DNA of 64,000 bases from Octopus vulgaris (taxonomy: Eukaryota), in the NCBI GenBank assembly GCA_951406725.2, contig OX597831.1, forward strand, positions 29,202,001-29,266,000. Reading direction: 5' to 3'. Under the pieces are notes generated by a model. It did not search any database. It saw nothing but the letters and a program-made list of their open reading frames with translations, and was not told where the DNA came from. The translations under genes and the position numbers were made by a program. Positions 25,541-39,378 of the stretch are shown here, piece after piece. Positions within the stretch are counted from its first letter, which is position 1. Each line of letters begins with the position of its first letter.

Positions 25541-28500
25541 GCTAATAGTTTACAAATCTAGAAATAATGAATTTTTTCTAACAATTTTCCGCTCTAACTA
25601 TTAGTGTACGACTGGTTCTCTACGGGGAATCCACATGATCCTCGGGGGTCCGTATAAGGTTTTAAGATTTAAATGCAATTAACTGGTTATATTTCTACAA
25701 TACAATGCCAAATACCTAATCGTAAAAATAAGCTTTTAGACATTGAACAGCTATGAGGGTCCCATTCCTGAGTAAAATGGGAACCAAAGGGGTCCATGGA
25801 CAGAAAAAAGGTAGACCCTCTGGTTTAGGACCATAAACGTACGTTTATACGGTTTGTCTTCTTAGATGACAACATTTCGGTTGTCTGCTACGATTTTGTA
25901 ATCTGTTGATCAGAATTTCGCACTTTCTCTCTCTACCGGATTTCGAAACCTAATATACATGTCGATTGCTTATATACTATGTTCCGAATCGAGGAATTTA
26001 TCATTTCGTTGAGTACAGGCATGTCTGCAGTTATGAGTTCGCTTCCTAGCCACATCACGTGTTCTTCCTTATTTTCCTATTTTTGTAAATTTAAATATTT
26101 CATTGTAATAATTATTCGTTTATCTGACCTCAAATCGGATTGTGTTGTCCCCTTGTGGGAAATAATTATCACTTGTTCTTCCTGCCTTAAATCCAGTGAT
26201 TTCTCAGAAACCTATAACTTGTTAAGCAAAACAAAATTGCATTATCAAACTGATTTCAAACGGGAATTTTGGCCTTTCTGGCAGGGTCCTTATCCTGTTA
26301 ATTGCATAATTAAATTTCTTGGTTAGTCTAGTAGTAAAGACGTTAAATATCTACAAAAAAAAAAAATGGTATTCTCTGCTACTCACTTCATAAGCTTAGC
26401 TTTTCTCAAGAGAAACAAGTTTCAAATATGGCGTTCCTCGACAAGAGATCGGTATAACTTTGTACAGTTAGGCGTAACGAAGTTTTGAGTGAATATATCT
26501 GCTTTCCGTAGTGAAAGGGTTTAATTTTCAAATAAACTATAATCTGATACTCAGAGTATTTTTTTTTCTTTGTAACCTTAGCAATTTCAACATTTTACTA
26601 GTTTTAATATAACAAAAATTTTTACATTATATAGTCGCAGAACAAGTCATCAATGAATTCTTGAAATATCTATCGTCTTACTTGTTTACATCGATAGACA
26701 AAGGCCATACTGCGGCACCACCTTGACGGGTTTAGTCCAACAAATCGACTCTGGTACTTCGTAAATTGTTTTCAAGTTTGGTACTTATACTATCGATCTT
26801 TTTTGCCGAACCGCTAAGTTACGGTGACGTAAACTAACCCACGCCAGCTGTTGAACTGTGGTGGGGAAACAATTTCTCCCACCCCCAACATCACCTGGTT
26901 TCTTTCAGTCTACCAAATCCACTCGCAAAGCTTTGGTCGGCCCAGGCCTGTAGTAGGTGCAACATAACGGAACTGAACCCAAGTCCACTTTGTAGGAAAC
27001 CAAACTTCTTAATCTCAGTCACACCAATGCCTTCATTTTGATGCTACAAAAAAATTCTGACTTTTTTTTTTTCTTTTAAACTAAAACTGACTTTTGTCTT
27101 TATGACTTGGTTTTCATTCACCACCTCAGCATTTTTTTTTTTTACACAATAGCCTCGGGCCGACCAAAGCTTTGAGTAGATTTGGTAAACGGAAACTGAA
27201 AGAAGCCCGTCTTATATGTGTGTGTGTGTGTATGTATGTGTATGTATGTGTGTATGTATGTGTGTATGTATGTATGTATGTATGTGTGTGTGTGTATGTG
27301 TGTATATATATGTGTGTGTGTGTGTGTATGTATATGTGTGTGTATATGTGTATATGTATGTGTATGTGTGTATATATATGTATGTGTATGTGTGTATGTA
27401 TGTGTATGTGTGTATGTATGTGTGTATGTATGTGTGTATGTATGTGTATATATATATATATATATGTGTATGTATGTGTATGTATATATATGTGTGTGTG
27501 TATGTATATATATATATATATAAATAAAAGTATGTGTGTATGTTTGTGTCTGTGTTTGTCGCCCTAGCATTGCTTGACAACCGATGCTGGTGTGTTTGTC
27601 CCCGTCACTTAGCGGTTCGGCAAAAGACTCCGATAGAATAAGTACTAGGCTTCCAAAGAATAAGTCCCAGGATCGATTTGCTCGACTAAAGGCGGTGCTC
27701 CAGCATGGCCACAGTCAAATGACTGAAACAAGTAAAAAAAAAAAAAAATAGAAAGAGTAACTTCGTTTATTCTGTGTAATTGTCTCCGTCCAATTCACTA
27801 CAACTGTATATCTTCCCGGATTCGTGTTTTACTCTCTTGTACAAATATCCTTGGTAGAGGCATCAGCATTTTCTTTTCATTACTCCGAGATACCGAATAA
27901 TAATATTTCATCATTCCAACGGTAAATATTCTTCACTTCAGGATACATTCGTGTCAGTCTAATAATTTACTTATCTCGTTGTTCTCATATTCTCATCAAA
28001 ATCGGTGTTATACTTCAAAGAAACCTTTCATACAGGAGATGGTGGTGGAGAAATAGGCAAGTATCAGAAATGGTTGAACGTAACACAATGATTTCATTTC
28101 TTTACGTTCCAAGTTCAAATCACACCAACGTCAACCTTATACCATCTCTCTCGGGTTTACTGGAATAAGTCCTGCATAAAGCTTTGCTTCATTTAGGTTT
28201 TCTTAGATGTTTCAATGTTAAAATAAAGAAGCTTGGCCTCTAGAAAACGAAATCTAAAACAGATTGTTATAAACATGTTGCTTTCGATACAATAGGTGAA
28301 TAGCAGTTGAGATGGCCATGGTTGGAAGTTCATATTTGTTGCTAGATCTTCTTTAAGCACCAACCTAACACTAAACTTTAATAGCTGATACCCTTACAAC
28401 AACGATATAATACCAAGTGTGGTTGCTGAGACGTTTGCTATGAAGCTACGAGAACCAAGATTTGATCTTGTAAGGTCCCTTGTGCAAATGTCTTCCGCCG

Positions 28501-30324
28501 TAACATCAACTTGATTAATACCTCATCATTGACATTTAAGATTTTAAAAAAATGTGTGTTGCCCTCTTTCAAGTAGTCTGTAAAACCGTGAACAATACAG
28601 GATTTCTCAGAATTAACTATTTGAATGAAATCGAGGAAAAATAAAAGAATTTTTTTTTATTACTTATGACAACAAAACAAACTAGATTTATAAATCTTAG
28701 GTCAAAACTTTCTTGAAAATGTTCGATATGTTCTTCGTCTGAGTTCCTGTAAGTTTCAAATCTATCCTCCGGCACTGCTGAATGCGTTCTTTAAGTTCAG
28801 CTAAACCTAACTGAATGCATTCTTTAAGTTTAGCTAAACTATGTGTCTATTTGTGTCTGTTTGTCACCCCCATCCCGTCACCGTTTAACAATCGGTGTTG
28901 GTGTATTTACGTCCCCATAACTTAGCGATTCTGTTAAGAGACCGATAAAATAAGTACTAGGCTTTAAAATATTCCCGGGGTCGCACTGTTAGGTAAAAGC
29001 ACTTCAAGGTGGCATTTGAGCTCAGAACATAAAGATGGACGAAATGCCGCTAAATTCAAATTCCGCCGAGGTCGACTTTGCCTTTCATCCTATCTTCAGG
29101 GTAGCTAAAATAAGTACCAGTTGAGGACTGGGGTCGACGTAATCGACTTAATCTCTTCCCCGAAATTGCTGGCTTCGCGCCAAAATTTGAAGCCAGTATG
29201 ACTATCATCTCTGCCATCACCGCCACCACTTAACCCTATCATATGGCTCGCAATAACAGGTAGTTAAAGTATTTTCTGGCCCTCAAGAAGGAAGCCAGTT
29301 TCTGACATGTAACCTTTGCTATGTTAAAGGCGTGTGATTTCTTTATTTGGCATAAAGCCCGCATACAGGGGTGGGGGGGGCACCACAAGGACAGACAAGA
29401 CCACAGTGGGAACAAAAAACATAAAACGAATGTAAATGAGAGGAAATTATATGAAAAATGGAAATGGTCGCATGGGCCCCAATCCCATGCGGTACCATTT
29501 GAACCGTTGTGTACATTATCTACAATTGTTCTTCAATTTTTCTTTTTCTCCATTATTTTAAACAATATGTTAAAGGCGTGTGTTTACCAGCAGAGATCCT
29601 GGGTGCTAATGAAGATCAGGATTTGTAGAGACCTTGAGGTAGTTTCTCAATGAATATTTGTTAATATTTAGGAGGAGGGAAGACGACGAGTTAGTAGAAT
29701 CGTTACCGCGTCGGGCATAATGTTTAACGGTATTTCGTCCGTCTAGCACGCTAGACGAAATACTTAGCGGTATTTCGCCTGTCGCTACGTTCTGAAATCA
29801 AATTCCGCCGAGGTCGACAGTGCCTTTCATCCTCTCGGGGTCGATTAAATAAGTACCAGTTACGCACTGGTGTCGATATAATCAACTTAATCCGTTTGTC
29901 TGTCCTTGTTTGTCCTCTTTGAGTTTAGCTCCTTGTGTGTTGTGAAGAAATAGGTATTTCGTCCATCTTTACGTTCCGAGTTCAAATTCTGCCAAGGTTG
30001 ACTTTGCCTTTCATCCTTTCGGGGTCGATAAAATAAGTGTCAGTCAAGCCCTGTGGGCGATACAATCGACATACCCACTCTCCCGAAATAATTTGAAATC
30101 GATATTTTGGAGAAGTAGTGGTGCTTTTACTCTTTTACTTGTTTCAGTCATTTGATTGCGGCCATGCTGGAGCACCGCCTTTAGTCGAGCAAATCGACCC
30201 CGGGACTTATTCTTTGGAAGCCCAGTACTTATTCTATCGGTGTCTTTTGCCGAACCGCTAAGCAATGCTAGGGGGGACAAACACAGTCACACAAACACAT
30301 ATACACACATACATATATATATAT

Positions 30325-31720
30325 ATATTGTTATATTTCGGAATGGTCATATTGCCAGTTTAGCCAATAAAAACACACGCACTATATATTTGGTGTTATT
30401 TTGCTTCAGTGATATTTATTTTTTACATTAATCTTAATCTTATTTCGGCCAAAGTTCTTTCGTCACACTCCTGTGACCGCATCAGTGGTCCTTTGTTTTC
30501 TTCTCACTTACTTGTGTCTCTCCTTACTAACCGTCAGCCATTTTGTATTTCTATTGTATGTCTTCATTTGCGCATGCTTATATCTCTATGTGCGTCTATG
30601 TTTATTTAGTGTGTGTGTGGGGGGGATGCCTGTAATATTTGTATCTTCTGGTTATATACATTCTTGTAATTTGTATTTTGTTTTTGTTGTTGTTGCTTTT
30701 GTTCTAATTTTGTTCATGTGTTTACATCCACCTATTATTATCATTACATATGCTTGTATGTATGTATAACAACAATATTAGTAATAATAATAATAAATCT
30801 AATCGAAAAAAAAAAATATATATACATATACATATATATATATATACATACATATACATATACATATATATACACATATACACACATATATACACATATA
30901 GATATTCATTTCTATTTCTTTAATTACCTGTGTATTTATTATGTTTGCAGGATCCACTATTGTCATATGTTGTGGTGTGCGCTATTGCTCCATTCTAGTT
31001 TTCTATTCAGGCTAGGTTTATTTTCTATTATATGTGTAGCTTCTGTAATTTGTCTAATTGTTGCATCTGTTCTATGTGTGGACAATATCTTAATCTCTAT
31101 GTTATTGATTGATCCCCGTGTTCTTGTTCGGCGTGTTGGTACAGAATCGATGAGCTTTTACCTTCCTTGAGTTGTCTCCAATGTTCGATTAGATTTATTA
31201 TTATTATTACTAATATTGTTGTTATACATACATACAAGCATATGTAATGATAATAATAGGTGGATGTAAACACATGAACAAAATTAGAACAAAAGCAACA
31301 ACAACAAAAACAAAATACAAATTACAAGAATGTATATAACCAGAAGATACAAATATTACAGGCATCCCCCCACACACACACTAAATAAACATAGACGCAC
31401 ATAGAGATATAAGCATGCGCAAATGAAGACATACAATAGAAATACAAAATGGCTGACGGTTAGTAAGGAGAGACACAAGTAAGTGAGAAGAAAACAAAGG
31501 ACCACTGATGCGGTCACAGGAGTGTGACGAAAGAACTTTGGCCGAAATAAGATTAAGATTAATGTAAAAAATAAATATCACTGAAGCAAAATAACACCAA
31601 ATATATAGTGCGTGTGTTTTTATTGGCTAAACTGGCAATATGACCATTCCGAAATATAACAATATCTGTTTCAACACACGACTTCACATAAAAAATCTTG
31701 CACAACAAATATTTAAACGT
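30325..31720 (-). mobile_element. 5'-truncated Penelope-like retroelement with inverted pseudo-LTRs, inserted in a SINE family A copy
   Basis: Near-perfect ~480-bp inverted arms (30325-30807 and 31184-31665) plus a ~55-bp extension to 31720. The spacer holds an endonuclease remnant. SINE halves lie at about 30125-30324 and 31721-31916. Confidence 0.8.
30963..31183 (-). pseudogene. C-terminal part of a PLE GIY-YIG endonuclease
   Basis: Minus strand with one frameshift: HWRQLKEGKSSSILYQHAEQEHG / SINNIEIKILSTHRTDATIRQITEATHIIENKPSLNRKLEW, matching the H...S.l..H....H...IL......R.i.EA..I....PsLN pattern. Confidence 0.8.
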
Positions 31721-32590
31721 ATATATATATATATACATACATATATATATACGACAGGCTTCTTTCAGTTTCCGTCTACCAAATCCACTCACAAGGCATT
31801 GGTCGGCCTGAGGCTATAGCAGAAGACACTTGCCCATGGTGTCACGCAGTGGGACTGAACCTGGAACCATGTGGTTGGTAAGTAAGCTACTTACCACACA
31901 GCCACTCCTGTGCCTATACACTTTTCTAAACTTGTTCGGCGATTGTATCGGTTTTGCTGTTGGAATTGACAAGATGGCGATAACTTCATTAGGGGGAATG
32001 TTTTCGAAGCCTCTCTTCATGGACTCAGTGGAGGTCTGGTGCGAGGTGCGTAGATGGTAGTGGGGTGTGGAAGTGTAAAAGAAATAAAGAGTGGTATCAT
32101 GTTCGTTGGAGGTGGGGGGTGGGACTTGTGGCAGTGACGGTTAGCAGGTCGTTGATGTAATGGAGGGTAAGTGTGAAAGTTTAAAGTGAACCCTTCTCTT
32201 GTGTGTGTGTGTGTGTGTGTGTGTATAAACACACGCACGCACACACACGCGCACGCATATATATGTCGGTAACGTTATATGTTAGCTAAGGGAGGAAGGT
32301 CACTGCCCAGTTTTCCAGGCACTCCCAGGAATGGATGGATGCTTGTGCGTGTGTATACGTATATACGTACACACATACACATAATTACATGTGTGTGTGT
32401 GCATGTGTGTGTGTGCATGTGTGTGTAGATACATACGTACACATATTCACACATATATGTCTATCTATCTATCTATCTATCTATCTATCATCTCTCTCGA
32501 TCTACCTATCTATCTGTCTCTTTATCTCTCTCTCTACCTGTCTGTCTGTCTGTCTGTCTGTCTCTATCTATCTATCTCTATCTATCTTTA

Positions 32591-32627
<37 letters not shown>

Positions 32628-33689
32628 ATTTATTATACACATATAGGTAAATATGTGTGTGTATGTGTTTGCACGCGCGTATACATACACATGGGATTAG
32701 AAGTGTAGGTGTTCATATACATATGTATATATATATATGCATATATGCACACACACACACATATATGTATATGTATGCATATACATATGTACTGATAGAT
32801 ATATAGGTATGTATGTACACACACACACACACACATACATGTATATATATATATCCGCGCGCGCGTATGTGTTTGTGTGTGCCCTCATGTAATACTCACA
32901 CGCAGATACACATACATACAAACAGGTAGACAGCTAGATAAACAGACAGAAGACAGACAAACAGATAGATAAATAAATAGTCAAGTTAGACAAAGAGACA
33001 GAGCTGGATCACGTATTTGCTTTGCAAATATATCTCTCTGACATTCTTGCACATCCTGTGTCTGTTTTATTCTAAATAACGAACAGCAAGAGAGCAAACT
33101 TGGCGTCCAAATTAAATTTCCATTTAGTAAGTTCCGCCCTTTCCTATGGCTTCAGATCTATCAGCAGATTTCCAGTTTCGAGGAACAATTTTACATTAGT
33201 ACACTCAAGACCCTCGGCAAACCTCCACTAAAGTTGTTTAGTTGCATGGTATGGGAGTTGGGGTGGCGGAGTATGGTAGTTTTATTAGACATGAGATCTA
33301 CCTTTATTGTGGATATTTGATACGACGGGGAAGTTTGAAACAATTAGCTTTGTGTGTAATTCTATATTATATTATATTATATTCTCTCTATATTTTTCCC
33401 TAATGCTTAGTAATCGTGAACTAATGAGCTTAACATGAATATGCATGTATGCATGCCTCTGTGTTCTGTGTGTAATATATGCATACATATATTAATATGT
33501 TATACATACATATTAACTGCACTTATGTATGATATAATTCTTGCGTATAGTTCCGGGTTCAGTCCGACTGCGTGGCACCTTGGGCAAATGTCTTCTACTA
33601 CAGCCTCGGACCGACGAAAGCCTTGTGAGTGGATTTAGTAGATGGAAACTGAAAGAAGCCCTTCGTATATATATATATATATATATATA

Positions 33690-33793
33690 CTTTATTTAAA
33701 AGCAGTAGAAATATAACAAAAGCTGTTGCTCAGAGTTTCACGTGAAACTCCGAGTAACAGCTTTTGTTATATTTCTGTTGCTTTTAATTAAAG
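33690..33793. repeat. ~100-bp near-perfect palindrome inside a SINE microsatellite
   Basis: CTTTATTTAAAAGCAGTAGAAATATAACAAAAGCTGTTGCTCAGAGTTTCAC|GTGAAACTCCGAGTAACAGCTTTTGTTATATTTCTGTTGCTTTTAATTAAAG. Confidence 0.85.
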
Positions 33794-34524
33794 CATATTA
33801 CTCTACCTCTGGTATTTGAGTACTCTTTTTTCCACCTTGTTTCACATTTGTGTGCTTACTCGGGTGTATATATATATATGTGTGTGTGTGTGAGTGTGTG
33901 CGTGTATATATGTACACATACATACATACATATATACATACATATGTGTGTGTGTGTGTGTCCGAACACCATTTGAGAAGCTGATGTTGATGTGTCTACG
34001 TTCTCGTGACCTAGCGGTTCGGCAAACAGAGGTGGATAGAATAAGTACCAAGCTTATCAAAAAATAGATTCTGGGGTCGATTCATTCGACTAAAAGTTCT
34101 TCAAGACGGTGCACTAGCATGGCCACACTCTAAAGTCTGAAACAAGTAAAAGGTTAAAAGATATGTATGTGTTTGTGTGTGTGTGTGTGTGCGTACAGTT
34201 GTATTAAATAAGAATAGATTTATATATATTTACACACACACACACACATATATCTGTATATATGTAATATGGTTTCAAATTTTAGCACAAGGCCAGCAAT
34301 TTTGTAGGCGGAGGTTATTCGATTACATCGGCCCCAGAGCCCAATTAGTACTTACGTAATCAATCTCCGAAAGGATGAAAGGCTAAGTCGATCTCGGCAG
34401 AATTTGAACTCGAAACGTAAAGACGGATGAAACGTCGCTAAGCCTTTTTGCCCGCCGCGTGCGAATGAGTCAACCAAACTTGCATATATATATGCATGCA
34501 TATACTAAATCCCCCCAAAACGAG

Positions 34525-36290
34525 AACAAAAAAATTTTTCGAAGATGTTCACCGAAAATTTTCCCCAAAAATTTTTCGGAAATTTTCACCGAAAATGTTA
34601 TCCAACAATTTTCCGAAAATTTTACCCAAAAAGTTTTCGAAAATTTTACCCAAAATTTTTCCGAAAATTTCACCCAAAAATTTCCGAATATTTTCACCGA
34701 AAATTTTACCCAAAAATTTTTCGAAAATTTTCACAGAAAATTTTACACAAAAATTTATCGAAAATTTCACCTAAAAATTTTGCGAAAATTTTCACCGAAA
34801 ATTTTCACCGAAAATTTTCAGAAAATTTTCCCCAAAATTTGTCGAAAATTTCACCCAAAAATTTCCACCGAAATTTTTCAAAAATTTTTCGAAAATTTTC
34901 ACCGAAAATTTTCCCTAAAAAATTTTCGACAAATTTTTGGGGAAAATTTTCGAAAACTTTTTGGGTGAAATTTTCGAAAAATTTATGGGAAAAACTTTTG
35001 GGTAAAATTTCACCTAAACAGTGTTCGAAAATTTTCCCCCAAAATACCGCTGGCTTTTAATATTTTGTGATTTTGGCACCGCAAATGTTATCGACAATTT
35101 TCCGAATATTTTACCCAAAAATTTTCCGAAAATTTTAACCAGAAAGTTTTCGAAAATTTTACCCAAAAACTTTTCGAAAATTTTCACCGAAAATTTTACC
35201 CAAAAATTTTTCGAAAATTTTCACTGGAAATTTTACTCAAAAATTTCACGGAAAATTTTACCCAAAAATTTTCCGAATAATTTCACCCAAAAATTTTTCG
35301 AAAATTTTCACTGAAAATTTTCCCCAAAAATTTTTCGAAAATTTTACCCAAAAAATTTACCGAAAATTTCACCTAAATATTTTGCGAAAATTTTCACCGA
35401 AAATTTTCCCTAAAAACTTTTTGGGTGAAATTTTCGAAATTTTATGGGAAAAATTTTTGGGTAAAATTTCACCTAAAAATTTTCCCCAAAAATTTTTCGA
35501 AAATTTTCACGGAAAATTTTACCCAAAAATTTACCGAAAATTTCACCTAAAAAGTGTTCGAAAATTTCCACTGAAAATTTTCCCCAAAAATATTGCGAAA
35601 ATTTTCACCGAAAATGTTATCCAACAATTTTCCGAAAATTTTACCCAAAAAGTTTTCGAAAATTTTACCCAAAATTTTTCCGAAAATTTCACCAAAAAAT
35701 TTCCAAATATTTTCACCGAAAATTTTACCCAAAAATTTATCGAAAATTTCACCCAAAAATTTTCAGCGAAATTTTTCAAAAATTTTTCGAAAATTTTCCC
35801 GAAAATTTTCTAAAAATTTTCGACAAATTTTTGGGGAAAATTTTCGAAAACTTTTTGGGTGAAATTTTCGAAAGATTTATGGGAAAAATTTTTGGGAAAA
35901 ATTTCACCTAAAAAGTGTTCGAAAATTTTCACTGAAAATTTTCACCGAAAATTTTTCGAAAATTGGCACCGCTGGCTTTCCATACTTTGTGATTTGGGTA
36001 CCGCTGGCTTTTCATACTTTGTGATTTGGGCACCACTGGCCTTCCATACTTTGTGATTTTGGCACCGCTGGCCTTCCATACTTTGTGATTTTGGCACCGC
36101 AAATGTTATCCGACAATTTTCCGAAAATTTTACCAAAAAGATTTTATCCAAAAATCTTCCGAAAATTTTAACCAGAAATTTTTCGATGTTCATCGAAAAC
36201 TTTACCCAAGAATTTACCGAAAATTTCACCCAAAAAGTTTTCGAAAATTTTCCCCAAAATCTTTTCGAAAATTTTCACCGAAAATTTTTT
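34525..36290. repeat. A/T-tract satellite (~12-13-bp monomers such as CCGAAAATTTTCA/CCCAAAAATTTT) with inverted blocks and a ~31-32-bp sub-array
   Basis: Read directly. Marker segments recur about 0.9-1.0 kb apart. GGCACCGCTGGCTTTCCATACTTTGTGATTT occurs about 4 times at 35965-36100. Confidence 0.9.
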
Positions 36291-36954
36291 CAAATTCCGC
36301 CGAGGTCGACTTTGCCTTTCATCCTTTCGGGGGTCGATTAAATATGTACCAGTTACGCACCGGGGTCGATGTAATCGACTTAATCCGTTTGTCTGTCCTT
36401 GTTTGTCCTCTCTGTGTTTAGCCCCCTGTGGGTAGTAAAGAAATAGGTATTTCGTCTGCCGCTACGTTCTGAGCTCAAATTCCGCCGAGGTCGACTTTGC
36501 CTTTGATCCTTTCGGGGTCGATTAAATAAGTACCAGTTACGCACTGGGGTCGATATAATCTACTTAATCCGTTTGTCTGTCCTTGTTCGTCTCCTCTGTG
36601 TTTAGCCCCTTGTGAGCAGTAAAGAAATAGTTTTAACACATCATGATACACATCTTTCGTGTCCCACCCAGGAATTTTTCGAAGGGAGGGCACAAATTCA
36701 GAAGTGAATACAATTCCAGGAGAAAAGGGCGCAATAACATTATTTGGAAGGGTGCAGTTCTTTTCTTGAGGGGGGTGAACGTACCCCTCAGCCCCTCCCT
36801 TTCTGGGTTCGCTCCTACCACCGAGCACAAATCCTTTTGTATGTAACACAATTTTTAATCTTCGAATTTTAAAAAAATATGGTAAGCCACTGGTTTTAAT
36901 TGATTAATATCAATTTCTACCCTTATTATCTAATTTCATATATACACATATCGC

Positions 36955-37027
36955 GCCCGGCTAGCTCAGTCGGTAGAGCACGAGACTCTTAATCTCGGGG
37001 TCGTGGGTTCGAGCCCCACGCTGGGCG
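36955..37027 (+). tRNA. tRNA-Lys, anticodon CTT
   Basis: 73 nt GCCCGGCTAGCTCAGTCGGTAGAGCACGAGACTCTTAATCTCGGGGTCGTGGGTTCGAGCCCCACGCTGGGCG. Full cloverleaf, intact A and B boxes, anticodon stem CGAGA/TCTCG. Confidence 0.97.
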
Positions 37028-37032
37028 TATTC

Positions 37033-37038
37033 TTTTTC
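37033..37038 (+). terminator. RNA polymerase III oligo-T terminator
   Basis: T run a few nt downstream of the tRNA 3' end. Confidence 0.7.
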
Positions 37039-37043
37039 TGTTG

Positions 37044-37099
<56 letters not shown>

Positions 37100-37449
37100 T
37101 TATATATATATATATATAGGGGTAGCAAAAAATTCTAGAAAAAACTTTCCGCTACCAGCGGTCTAGTGAGAAAGAAAAAATAGTCAAAGACTATATAATA
37201 TACATTCAACAATATATATGGCCATTCCTTATGTTGTTGAATATATATATATATAGTCCAATGACTGAAGCGAAAGATAAAAGAAAATATGTGCATGTAT
37301 GTGTATATATATATATACATACATATATATATTATATATATATAGAGAGAGAAATATATATATACAACAGAAAAATAATAATAATATTATTCATGTATAA
37401 AATATATATTATGCATTAATATTATTATTTTTCTGTTATATATATATAT

Positions 37450-37527
<78 letters not shown>

Positions 37528-37653
37528 GTAAAAAAATACAAACTGGGACAAGAACGCAAAACATTTAGAAGACGATACAAAAAACACGGACGAGACATTC
37601 GAAGCCTTCAATCTTCAGTCAAGAACCGGATCATATTCGCAATTTCGACTGAA

Positions 37654-37737
<84 letters not shown>

Positions 37738-38193
37738 GCATGCACATATTTTCTTTTATCTTTCGCTTTAGTCATTGGACTGTGGTCACACTGGGGAACT
37801 GCCTTGAAGGATTTTATTCGAATAAATCGACTCCCAGCATTCATATTTTTTTAGAGGCTGATACTTTATCGGTTTCGTTTACCGCACATCTAAGTGAGGA
37901 GAACGTAGACAAACCAACACCGATTGTCAAGTGGGGCTGCTAAGATGACAAACGCAAAGACAACTCACCCACGCACGTACACACTCACACACACACATAC
38001 ATAAAGACACACAGACATGCACACACATGACGGGCTTCCGCACAGTTTCTGTCTACCAAATTCACCCAAAAGTGATTGGTTCAATCGGGTCTAGAGTAGG
38101 AGAGACTTGCTCAAGGAAGCCCCACAGTGGCACTGAAGCTGAAACTTAGTAGTAACAAAGCGATCATCTAAACTATGCCAGCGCCTCTTTCTA

Positions 38194-38246
<53 letters not shown>

Positions 38247-38276
38247 CTCCCCCAATATATATCTTTATATACATAC

Positions 38277-38308
<32 letters not shown>

Positions 38309-38415
38309 GCATACATACACACACATACGCACACACACAAACACACTTATATACCTATAATACACACCACACACACACATATATGTATATTTATATATAT
38401 ATATATATATATATA

Positions 38416-38807
38416 CTAGCAGTATCGCCCAACGTTGCTCGGGTTTGTTTCGACTCTTTAGAATTGGATTTTGGAAAAGTAAAAGTTTTGCATTATGTAG
38501 CTTGTTATTCTCTTTAAGTGAACATTTTTCTGGTTGAAATACACAGAAAAATGGCGACACAGCAGTCAAAAAATCGTCAAAAATAGGGATTTTCATAGAG
38601 AAAAAGCACCTTTTTGATGTAAATAATTGTTGGTGTTAACATGGTCCGATTTGAATTTTTTCTTCTACGGAAGGAAGAGCAAGTCTTCTTCTATCATACT
38701 CTCAATTTTGGTCAACTTGCGCCTCAGGGTCTCGGAGGAGATAGTGCTAGTTGAAGGCTACCAAACCTACCATACACAGACAACTTCAGTTTTATGTATA
38801 TTAGAGA
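38416..38807 (-). mobile_element. Non-autonomous Helitron
   Basis: Minus-strand 5' TCTCTAATATACATAAAACTG and 3' CCCGAGCAACGTTGGGCGATACTGCTAG, inserted in (TA)n. Confidence 0.75.
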
Positions 38808-39101
38808 TTATATATATATATGTATATACCCTATATGTAAATATACATACACAGACACGTATATGTGTATATATATATACATGTATGTACATATATATGT
38901 GTGTGAGTATATATGTGTGTGAGTGTATATGTGTGTGTGTATATATACATACATATATTACAATTATAAATTAGGGTAGCTAAGAGATACAATCACGCTT
39001 GAAATATCAGCCAAAACTTGACTCTAAGACCGCATTAAAAGTTCATAGCATCAGGAGAGAAGACAAAAAGACAAAATTAATAGCAAAAAAAATTACTGGA
39101 T

Positions 39102-39162
39102 AATTCCTGATCCCGGATTTCTGACTCTGCATAAGAAATGCTTTGTCTTCATCAGTGGAATA
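39102..39162 (-). ncRNA. Minimal type I hammerhead-like motif
   Basis: Minus strand ATTCCA-CTGATGA-AGAC..GCAT(ttctt)ATGC..GTCA-GAAA-TCCGGGA-TC-AGGAAT. Stems I and II plausible, near-palindromic stem III, mismatch at the base of stem II. Confidence 0.6.
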
Positions 39163-39331
39163 TAGGCAGCACATAAATACAAATATATATATATATAACA
39201 TATGAATACTTACATATACATGTATGTATGTATACGTTCGTATACGTAAGTATTTGTATGTTTTATATATATATATATATATATACGTTTAAATATTTGG
39301 CTAAACTGGCAATATGACCATTCCGAAATAT

Positions 39332-39378
<47 letters not shown>

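Noticed and set aside
30409-31581. Identical 66-aa ORFs on opposite strands
   Set aside because: A by-product of the inverted pseudo-LTR arms, with no protein features.
35965-36100. 31-32-bp direct repeats superficially like a CRISPR array
   Set aside because: Units are contiguous with no unique spacers, there are no cas genes and the context is eukaryotic.
34459-36229. ORFs rich in KIF/ENF/PKN
   Set aside because: Translations of the A/T-tract satellite.
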